A stretch of DNA of 64,000 nucleotides from Bacillota bacterium. GTDB lineage: Bacteria > Bacillota > JAAYKD01. Below are positions 58,701 through 64,000 of the stretch, in pieces. Position 1 is the first letter of the stretch. Every line of letters begins with the position of its first letter. Below the pieces are notes generated by a model. That model did not search any database. It was not told the origin of the DNA and saw only the letters and a program-made list of their open reading frames with translations. The position numbers and the translations under genes are program-made. Location: the NCBI GenBank assembly GCA_963666425.2, contig OY762825.2:288001-352000 (forward strand). Reading direction: 5' to 3'.

Positions 58701-60673
58701 GTCGTAAAACAATTGGAAATATGGCTTGTGATCCCGATATAACCGCTGACTGCTCCTGCCAAACCACCAACCGAAGCGCTATTATAACCGGAATAAATTG
58801 AAACATTCGCTAAACCAAGATTCTGGAGAGTGCCACCATAAATATAACCAAATAAACCAGCATTACCAAATGTTGTGTTAGGACTCGTGGATGTGCCAAT
58901 TGCTAAGTTAGTGATCATGTGATTGTTGCCATCAAAAACGCCATCAAAAAAAATCAGATTGCTGTTACTTGTGGCTATGGGTATCCATTGAATTTGCGCC
59001 AGATCAAGATTCGCCATTAATTTATACTGACAGCTGCGATAGGTCGCATTTGAATTGTTCAACAAATCAGAAAGATAAGCCAGCTGTTCCGCATTGCCAA
59101 TCAAATAGGGAGAAGCCACAGAACCATCGCCAGCGGCGAAGGTTGCTGCCTTCGATCCATCCCAAGTATCAGTAGCTGCATATACCGTTGCAGTAAAACT
59201 CTTAGTCGCAGTAGTGGAACCATCGCTGACCAGAATGGCAAAAGTATCACTGCCGCAATAACCTGCTGCCGGTGTATAAGAAATCATACCGCCTGGCGAA
59301 ATGTCCGCCGAACCGGTAGCTGCGGTTGCTGCAAAAAAGGATAAGCTGCCATGCGCAGGAGCGGATTGCTGTGACCAAGTCAAGCTTTGGCTCGCGTCGG
59401 TATCGCTGGCATGCAAATAGGGTTTGAGATCGAACGCCGATTCGCTGGCAAAGACGGTCACCGTTTTCACGGCGCTGCTATAGGTAGGTGTCGTATTCGA
59501 AATGTAGCCGACACCGATCCCAGTCAACATCGGGTATCCCTGATTGACATTGCCGCTGTCTTTCTGCCAGACATTTGAGCCGGTATTGGTGTTTAAAAGC
59601 TGATAAAAAGCATCACTCTGCATTTCAGTGCTGCTCTTTGCGAATGGTGCACTCGAACTGTTGTTCGTACCCACTCCAACGGCAATGACAGTGCTATTCC
59701 AGTAGCTTGTATTGGTTACTCCGGAAACCATAAAACCAACAAATCCGCCTACTTTGGTGGCTAACCCAGCAGCAGCGCTGACATTGCCGGTTGCGTAACA
59801 ATTAGTTATGATGGCATTTGTCTTGCCAACACTGCCCCAATAGCCGATCAAACCGCCAGCCATAGCGGATCCTGTACAGTTCACCGTACCCAACGCATAA
59901 CAATTAGTCACAGCAGCAGCAGTGTCATTGTTATTGCGCCCAATCAAACCGCCGGCTTGAGTGTATAGTGTTGTTGATGTGAGATCAACTGCAGTGCTGC
60001 CGGCACCAGTGATATCGACAACAGTATAAGATGAGGTTACTGTTGCAGGGTTAACATGCCCAATCAATCCACCGATATAGCTGTTGTCTGCCAAACTGCT
60101 GATCGTTCCGGTCGCGTAACAATTGCTGACTGTTCCGTTTATATACCCAACTAGACAGCCAATTCTGCTGCCAACAGTTGAATAATTCACATAAATAGCT
60201 GCATTCACTACACCTATATTGCGGATAGACGCGGTGTTCTGCGTAAAGCCAGTATAACCGAACAAGCCGTTGAATTTCAGTGTGGTTACATAAGAAGACG
60301 AAGTCCCGATCGCAAGATTACTTACTTTATGATTCTGACCGTCAAAATTGCCGTAAAAATCCTTTGTCGCTGTTCCAATCGGAGTCCATTGCAAGTGATT
60401 CAGATCAATATCGGCGGTAAGCTGATAATATGCATTCTGATAAGCTGCATTCCCACCACTGACTAAGGTAGCCAAATACGCCAACTGCTCTCCGGTGGCA
60501 ATTTGATAAGGCTCGCCCACTGTTCCCGTTCCACCGGAAAATGAAGCGGCGACGCTGCCATCCCATACATCCGTTGCAGCTGATACTGTAGGTAATAAAT
60601 TGGCATTTAAACCCCAGAAAAGAAAAACAGATAAAAGTAAGATCAGAACTTTGCTGGATAAATGGTTTCTCAT
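49793..60673 (-). CDS. Giant secreted SLH-anchored surface protein (GLUG-type regions, Ig-like repeats)
   Basis: Signal peptide; two GLUG-like regions; Calx-beta-like segment; 15 tandem ~120-aa repeats; FN3-like segment; three SLH motifs (ISRAE, ISREQ, ITRAE). Confidence 0.9.
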   Translation of the reverse strand: MRNHLSSKVLILLLSVFLFWGLNANLLPTVSAATDVWDGSVAASFSGGTGTVGEPYQIATGEQLAYLATLVSGGNAAYQNAYYQLTADIDLNHLQWTPIGTATKDFYGNFDGQNHKVSNLAIGTSSSYVTTLKFNGLFGYTGFTQNTASIRNIGVVNAAIYVNYSTVGSRIGCLVGYINGTVSNCYATGTISSLADNSYIGGLIGHVNPATVTSSYTVVDITGAGSTAVDLTSTTLYTQAGGLIGRNNNDTAAAVTNCYALGTVNCTGSAMAGGLIGYWGSVGKTNAIITNCYATGNVSAAAGLATKVGGFVGFMVSGVTNTSYWNSTVIAVGVGTNNSSSAPFAKSSTEMQSDAFYQLLNTNTGSNVWQKDSGNVNQGYPMLTGIGVGYISNTTPTYSSAVKTVTVFASESAFDLKPYLHASDTDASQSLTWSQQSAPAHGSLSFFAATAATGSADISPGGMISYTPAAGYCGSDTFAILVSDGSTTATKSFTATVYAATDTWDGSKAATFAAGDGSVASPYLIGNAEQLAYLSDLLNNSNATYRSCQYKLMANLDLAQIQWIPIATSNSNLIFFDGVFDGNNHMITNLAIGTSTSPNTTFGNAGLFGYIYGGTLQNLGLANVSIYSGYNSASVGGLAGAVSGYIGITSHISNCFTTGYISSADNYTYVGGIAGSFAYSTINNCSSSGSIKGGTDASAGGLLGMAQISGTITDCYSTSSVIANGGEYPSAGGLIGYLGIDGAGVPSTTITACYATGNVTCSVAEYLGGLIGYSDGGTIVRSYHNSQAAHVRNATVLAAKGVGSSQAGKLTGDSIPQTVAELQSNTFLTTLNHGSTTWNADLSLKNFGFPILAFTPPVITNLYRITYDGNLNTTGSAPIDTGFYPSGLTIAVAGNSGELAKSGAEFGGWNTLSNGSGTNYIVGSDYLVFGNATLYAQWNPTIPTVTLSIKNSLIMESSGTATVTAALSAAYSQDTTVSFSYSGTATRDTDYTAAASLVISAGMTEGGFTITSTDDGLVEENETILIDISAILNGIESGDQQVITVIINDDTAPAVASILRKQPLGSLTNASNLVYRVTFSKIVTGVDTNDFALVTSGTVSASIISVSSVSGAIYDVTLSSVSGSGSLRLDLNAGGTGICDSAGNAIAAAAFTSGEIYTVDQQAPTVLSVNVPAAATYRTGATLSFNVNFSENVAVVNGSNSALEINIGGSMVNAAYSSGSATSSLQFIYTVLEGQLDTDGIVITSLSSIGENITDSAGNAALLTLNSIASTAGVQVDAVAPVVNSVTVPSPDTYIIGNRLSFIVNFSEAVNLVLADQDSQAYLSLSIGSTTVQVSYLSGSGSENLTFTYTIAADDADDNGVELATAIHLAGAAIQDAANNQALLTLNNVGSTTAVLVDAIIPTVSSVAVPANGVYTTGQTLDFTVVFSESVSTNNPYLLLTIGGRQVQVNYSSGSGSPNLLFRYTVLQNDLDMDGISCEPLIATAGSWLTDLAGNPAELTLHGMGNTSLVTVDAVAASITSVTVPAADTYRMGETLDFTVYFSENVTLTETRPDSDPLHLILTIGQSIVHANYLSGSGSNAILFRYTVLSGDTDTDSIGLGTLISGTGESLFDAAGNEASRVLNEVINTNLIYVDAIVPTVSSLSLPVAGVYSIGSQLDFILNCSEDVFLNNPSPNLGGNPYLELTLESSTVKADYLSGSGSSALLFRYTIAENDLDPDGIVVAGALNKLTYDFFDAAGNTINPNLPLESTASVLVDAVRPVITQVTVPAAKTYKLAETLLFTVHFSEPVAVTSLLGGSVSQAYLPLRIGSNTVEAEYRSGSNTNALVFSYTIVRNDFDSDGITVLSPIDAVSSKICDLATNEADLTLSSVGDTAAVLVDAVLPQVTSVSVPAADTYLAGESLNFSIQFSKIVWLSEASGLKLELIIGGSSVNADYTSGSGTTVLNFASIVQENQMDTDGITVGLLALNLGSALKDAAGNDAELALTGIASTSGVFVDAVKPVVVSVHVPADGIYIIGQSLRFTVNFSEPVLLPNESSLVLNVTVGESTVDAAYLSGSGTTALQFNYTVTAGQLDTDGIALAAALRSVGENLKDAAGNAASLTLNAIAPTVGIKVDAVIPVIIGVSVPDPDTYITGESLIFTVHFSEPISLIELPYVTRTAYLGLTIGSTPVLASFLDGINTENLTFRYTVAAGEQDTDGIQLANAISTISTTIQDMAGNPASLTLNHIGSTTAVLVDAITPTVSSVSVPADGVYTAGQTLDFMVRFSELVKIEANTPYMLLTIGGRQAEANYASGSGSSSLLFRYTIEENDLDTDGIAYAAAIAAAGSGISDLAGNPAELTLHGMTSTSFVTVDAVAPAVLSLSVPLDDTYCIGETLIFTVTFTETITVEDLLQVSETKPYLSLTIGSAEQKAQYLSGSGSNALLFGYTICEGDLDTDGIVLASAIINGTYLLYDAAGNHANLTINQAASTTAVRVDGVLPFVTSLVIPVNSNYKAGSVLTFTVNFSETVKVEDLTQGLSMKPYLTLTIGNQVVRAEFTTGSNSTALNFAYLVASGDFDDDGIDIDSDFSVNGCSIKDLAGNDAVNAISNIPVSTGVLIDGIAPNIVSLILPLNGSYGISDLLEFTVVFSEPVELESLLDSLNSSLLLGLTITAAPVNAEYVNGSGTESLVFRYTVAEGDFDSDGIRLAAALTTSGASLKDAAGNPANLSLQNAGNTDGILIDGIAPVVTAVTLPPNKTYKTGENLDFYVQFSETVHVGDFILISGEQPFLTVTLDSRTVEANYVNGSNTNTLLFRYTVSAGDSDSDGILLAPEITIIGSSIHDTVGNPAYLRLHNVSSTAAILLDAIAPYITSVSVPANGYYIAADELEFIVDFSEPIFVPNGSNPILGVIVGNSMADTAYLSGSGSSALRFVYTVASGENDADGLALTASITLNGASIKDLAGNDAILTLNNSAATDGIFIDTILPSITAAVLSTDNSFVDLTFSEGIFGPVTLTRLVSPAELNLVFAQNNGSALTAAISSVKKADSLLEASASDLSGEETVLRVFITLNGIPAGLETIQIKPSNAQALLDIAGNAVAFSASSGILTLHDQTAPQTGAGGTLTTGEIAVNSAALTWTAATDSCSAQGTLQYRVIYCLQDTIATVTEAMRSGSVATDWTANLSEVTVSNLRSHTTYYLNVLVKDEAGNMAVFTPESITTDMEDAVIPPSPVIIEVNGVKQDAGNSAITTVEEKTVETILVDDTRLEGLLAQEGNHAIVTIPFANTSDIFVSNLNGQTVKAMEEKEAVLQIRTENITYTLPANQISILDVSQQFGTQIELKDIQVNITISSSSNDTARIVRDTASRNQYQIVVEPVDFAITCTSGEKTVEVAKFNGYVERTIAIPEGIDPARVTTGIVLNSDGSFSHVPTTIVVIEGKYYAKINSLTNSTYAVIYHPMEFADTLSHWASAAINDLGSRLIVSGVSTTQYEPERSISRAEFAAILVRALGLQETIGSSRFSDVAVGVWYSGYIETASNYGIVAGYSNGQFGPQDKISREQAMTMIGSAMKLTKLYPILTQDDVNTLFVRFRDSEDIAGYAKADVAACLSTGIVSGRSSTELAPRDFITRAEVAVIAQQLLQKSNLI

Positions 60674-60955
60674 ATTGCTTCGCTCCTTATTCTTCAATTG
60701 CTTTAAACTCCAAGGGCAGATTCTTCAGCTGATCATATTTAATTCAAAACAACAAGAACAATTAACCCTAAAATCTCAACTAGCTTTATTCTTAATTCTA
60801 CGAATACAGAAATAATCCTTGTTAAAAAATCTAAATACAAAAATATATTTCAAATAAAAAAGCATAATTCTTATACGCAAACAGCGTGTTTAAGAATTAT
60901 GCTTTTAGCTACAATGCAAGAAGTATCCGTCCTCATATTTGCCAGATGATGCAGG

Positions 60956-61471
60956 TCACGACAAAAGATCTGTGCCAACACCCCCGTCCCCCTGGCTCAT
61001 TTCAAGCAATTTCTCCCCTGCCACACGATAAACGGTCCAATCCTGCATCTTTTCCGCTCCCATGGCCAAATAAAACTCAATACTGGGCAGATTCGTATCC
61101 AGGCACCACCATTCCAAACGTCCACAGCCTCTTGCTACAGCAAGAGCTGCTAATTTTTTTAAAAAAGCTTTGCCGTAGCCTTTGCCGCGAAAAGCAGGCC
61201 GGACATAGAGATCTTCCAGATAGATACCTGCTCTGCCCAAAAAAGTGGAGAAATTATGAAAGAATAGGGCAAAACCGATGGGTTGATCCTCTATTTCGCC
61301 GATCATAACTTCAGCTTTTTGTTTTTCAAATAACCATTCCTGCAGTAATTCTTCTGTGGCAATGACTTCACTGAGCAGACCTTCATAATCGGCTAACTCT
61401 TTGATCAGGCTCAAGATCAAAGGGATATCCTTGGGGTTCGCAGTCCGAAACATTAAGACAGGCTGATTCAT
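60956..61471 (-). CDS. GNAT acetyltransferase (spermidine/diamine acetyltransferase-like)
   Basis: LIKELADYE, FSTFLG, YLEDLYV..FRGKGYG, SIEFY..MGA. Confidence 0.9.
   Translation of the reverse strand: MNQPVLMFRTANPKDIPLILSLIKELADYEGLLSEVIATEELLQEWLFEKQKAEVMIGEIEDQPIGFALFFHNFSTFLGRAGIYLEDLYVRPAFRGKGYGKAFLKKLAALAVARGCGRLEWWCLDTNLPSIEFYLAMGAEKMQDWTVYRVAGEKLLEMSQGDGGVGTDLLS
60969..61000. repeat. REP-like palindrome, copy 2 (within the GNAT 3' end)
   Basis: TCTGTGCCAACACCCCCGTCCCCTGGCTCATT. Confidence 0.8.
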
Positions 61472-61536
61472 TTCAATCACTCCTCTGTTATTAAAAAAAC
61501 GATAGCACAGCATGACAGCAGGGCTATCGTTTCAAG

Positions 61537-61740
61537 TTATTTCTTCACCAGGATGGACAGTATGGCAGCTACGGTGAAAAGTGCAAAGGAAGCAGCGATA
61601 TAACCGGGCTGATTATTCACACCGCCCAGGTAAGCAAAAGCGAAACCAGGCCAAAACAAAACAAATGCGATCCGCAAAAACAAGACACGGTATCTTTTCC
61701 GCCAACTGACGGGAAGGGATTTCTTCTCTTTCTCAGTCAT
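61537..61740 (-). CDS. Small 2-TM membrane protein (67 aa)
   Basis: RBS AAGGAG; ATG 61740; two hydrophobic helices. Confidence 0.65.
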   Translation of the reverse strand: MTEKEKKSLPVSWRKRYRVLFLRIAFVLFWPGFAFAYLGGVNNQPGYIAASFALFTVAAILSILVKK

Positions 61741-61760
61741 GATTTTTCTCCTTTTTGTCG

Positions 61761-63350
61761 CTATATGTAGAAAATATTGGATAGAATCAAGACGAAGATG
61801 CCAACGATCAGCGTATTGATCAGACAATATTTCATCGTTACATTCATAATTTCATTCTCTTTGCCATTCATGCCAACATTGGCAGCTCCGGTCATGATGG
61901 TGGAGGGTGACATCGAGACGCCCAGTGAACCGCCGACGGATTGCGCTGCTGCCATGAGGACTGCGCTCTTGCCAAGCACCAGTGCGGTTTCTTTTTGCAG
62001 GACACCAAACATGACATTGGAATTGGTATTGCTGCCGGTAATGAAGGAACCCAGGACACCGATAAAAGGTGCCATCACCGGATAAAGCACACCGAAAACC
62101 GTTGCCACTCCGCGGGCAATCATATTGGTCATGCCGGAATCACTCATAATCAAGGCCATCATGACCATCGTGGCGATTCCCACACCGGAAGGGACGTTTT
62201 TTTCCACGGTTTTTTTCAGAGAAATCTTCATGATGTTGGGGTTTGCCCCGGTTTTCAGGACATAAATGACATAACCGAGCAAGGCTGAGAAGAGTAAAAT
62301 CGGTGCCGGGTGGGAGAAAAACTGAATTTTGGAATATTTACTGGTTGCAGTTACAACATAACCCAGGGCTGTCTGCACTTCCGGATAATTCAAGCCCCAA
62401 TTATAAGCAGACAAGGCGGTTTTGATCGGCTTGAGCTGCGAAAGAACGGAGATCAGGATCAAAGCGTAATACGGTGAGAAGGCAACGGTAAAACTCATTT
62501 TTTGTTTTTCTGCGTCTTCGTTTGTTTTGGCCTTGATGGTATGCTTTTTTCCGAGGTAGGCCCAGATCATCATTACAACACAGCCTGCTAACCCTGCCAT
62601 CAGCGTCGCCAGCTGCGGTGTGCCGATATAGACAGTCAGCCAGAGTGTAAAGGACATCACAGCACCGGTGCTCAAAATTTGCGGCACACTCTTTTTCACA
62701 GCAAACCAGCCGCCGAAAATATGCGCCACACAGAAACCGGTAGCGAAAATCGCTGCACTGAAGATAATCGCCATCCAGGGACCAATTACTTCACCCGGAA
62801 TATTCGTCACCAGTTGTATTGAATTATAAGAAGAAGCCATGGAACCGAAAGAAATCGACCAGGAATGACCGACCAGACAAGCAGCGACTGCCACCAATGG
62901 TGAAAAGCCCATGACGACCATGATCGGCGCAACGACAGCCACCGGGATACCGAATCCAGCCAAACCTTGCAGCACAGGCGCAAAACACCAGGCTAATAAA
63001 AGGCACTGCAAACGCTGATCATCGGAAATGCCGGCGATTTTTTTACCGATCACTTTGATGGCACCGGCTCCGTCGGCAATGTTATACATAAAAACGGCTC
63101 CCCAGATGATCAGCAGGACATATAAAGAAAGACTCATTCCCTTGCTGTTGGCCAAGGCCATCAAGCGGAAATCCGTGCCAAAAAAGAAATAAGCATCTGC
63201 TACGGCAACCAGCCAGGAAATGGCGCCTACTTTGGCTGCTTCCCATTGAAAAACTAAAATCCCTGTTACCAAAACCAAGACCGGCAAAATGGCCAGGAAC
63301 CAATTTGCCAGTGTCAAAGGCATGTTCACGATCGCTTCAATCCCTTTCAC
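61761..63350 (-). CDS. L-lactate permease family transporter
   Basis: GLAGFGIPVA, SFGSMA, GSFITGSNTNSNVMFG, AAQSVGG. Confidence 0.9.
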   Translation of the reverse strand: MKGIEAIVNMPLTLANWFLAILPVLVLVTGILVFQWEAAKVGAISWLVAVADAYFFFGTDFRLMALANSKGMSLSLYVLLIIWGAVFMYNIADGAGAIKVIGKKIAGISDDQRLQCLLLAWCFAPVLQGLAGFGIPVAVVAPIMVVMGFSPLVAVAACLVGHSWSISFGSMASSYNSIQLVTNIPGEVIGPWMAIIFSAAIFATGFCVAHIFGGWFAVKKSVPQILSTGAVMSFTLWLTVYIGTPQLATLMAGLAGCVVMMIWAYLGKKHTIKAKTNEDAEKQKMSFTVAFSPYYALILISVLSQLKPIKTALSAYNWGLNYPEVQTALGYVVTATSKYSKIQFFSHPAPILLFSALLGYVIYVLKTGANPNIMKISLKKTVEKNVPSGVGIATMVMMALIMSDSGMTNMIARGVATVFGVLYPVMAPFIGVLGSFITGSNTNSNVMFGVLQKETALVLGKSAVLMAAAQSVGGSLGVSMSPSTIMTGAANVGMNGKENEIMNVTMKYCLINTLIVGIFVLILSNIFYI

Positions 63351-63367
63351 TGTATTTCAACTGCTCC

Positions 63368-63396
63368 ATTATAATAGGAATCGCCCTGTTATGCAA
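63368..63396 (-). promoter_or_regulatory. Sigma-A promoter for the lactate permease
   Basis: TTGCAT-N17-TATAAT. Confidence 0.65.
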
Positions 63397-63449
63397 GCTT
63401 TTCGCCTTCCGAAGAAAGGCTTTCTTACGTGATAACAGGGCGTTTTTCG

Positions 63450-63875
63450 TTATTTTAAGTATTCTGTTTTGGGATAATCCGCATGACACAAAAGACAAAG
63501 CGGTCGATGAGCAGAAACAATACTGCCACATTGCGGACAGGTCCACCGTTTTATCTGTTGCTCCAAAAAAACTGTCAGACCATTAGTTTTGATGTTCTGT
63601 AAATTTTCCAGCATGCTCATATGATACTTGCCACGGTAGCGTTTATCCAGAGCCTTCAGACGAAGGCAAGGAAATTTGTCGCATTCGTAGCAAAAACCGG
63701 AAGTGTTATGCTGAATGGTCGGACAATTCTTAATCACACAGCGACGGCAGCTGATTGCATCGGGTAAGTCTTTTGATCTGCATCCGGGGCAGGGCTTTTT
63801 AGCTCTTTTGTATGCGAGACACAGCCGACAGTTCATCCCGCAGGCGGCAATCTGCTCCGGTTTCATTTCATTCAT
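63450..63875 (-). CDS. DUF3795 Cys-rich protein
   Basis: IAACGMNCRLC, CPGC, CYECDKFPC, C-terminal CPQC...CLLC. Confidence 0.85.
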   Translation of the reverse strand: MNEMKPEQIAACGMNCRLCLAYKRAKKPCPGCRSKDLPDAISCRRCVIKNCPTIQHNTSGFCYECDKFPCLRLKALDKRYRGKYHMSMLENLQNIKTNGLTVFLEQQIKRWTCPQCGSIVSAHRPLCLLCHADYPKTEYLK

Positions 63876-64000
63876 CGATCGACACTTCCTTTGTTGATAT
63901 GCGAGGGAGTCAAACCTTTTCTCTTCGACTAATTTTGAAAAACAGCTGTCGAGCCGTTCATAATCAAGTCTGTTCAGGTTTTACTGCCAAATCAGCCAAA

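Noticed and set aside
49793-60673. Diversity-generating retroelement or toxin/RHS interpretation of the giant gene
   Set aside because: No reverse transcriptase, no adenine-specific template/variable repeat pair noticed, and no RHS/YD or toxin motifs; the repeats look like ordinary internal duplications.
63876-64000. Possible gene fragment at the right edge
   Set aside because: Too short to support any call.

Overview
Bacillota (Clostridia/Negativicutes-like) chromosomal segment, mostly minus-strand housekeeping operons with accessory blocks between them. From left to right: dxs-ispA-xseBA-TsaD-like-nusB; efp-pepP; a type IV pilus/competence cluster; a GH127 gene and MarR/ABC modules; U32 peptidase-mltG-ruvX-ireB; hflX; a Gfo/IolE-like pair; an ~800 bp composite repeat region (GTAG-footed REPs plus a triplicated ~72-nt hairpin); MATE; DUF1177; and the ffh-rpsP-rimM-trmD-rplS-lepB-rbgA-rnhB cluster. 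The right end holds a divergent truncated threonyl-tRNA synthetase, adenine deaminase, a sialidase-like/Nudix fusion, a 3.6-kaa SLH-anchored repeat protein, a GNAT and a lactate permease. The most notable observation is that the truncated ThrRS, which appears to lack its editing site, is not preceded by the T-box usual in Bacillota. It instead has a 19-codon leader peptide with four consecutive Thr codons, mutually exclusive hairpins, an intrinsic terminator and a 49-codon ORF with a strong RBS, which fits a ribosome-mediated Thr attenuator. No rRNA, tRNA, CRISPR array or transposase was seen. All calls come from manual reading of motifs; no database searches were run.
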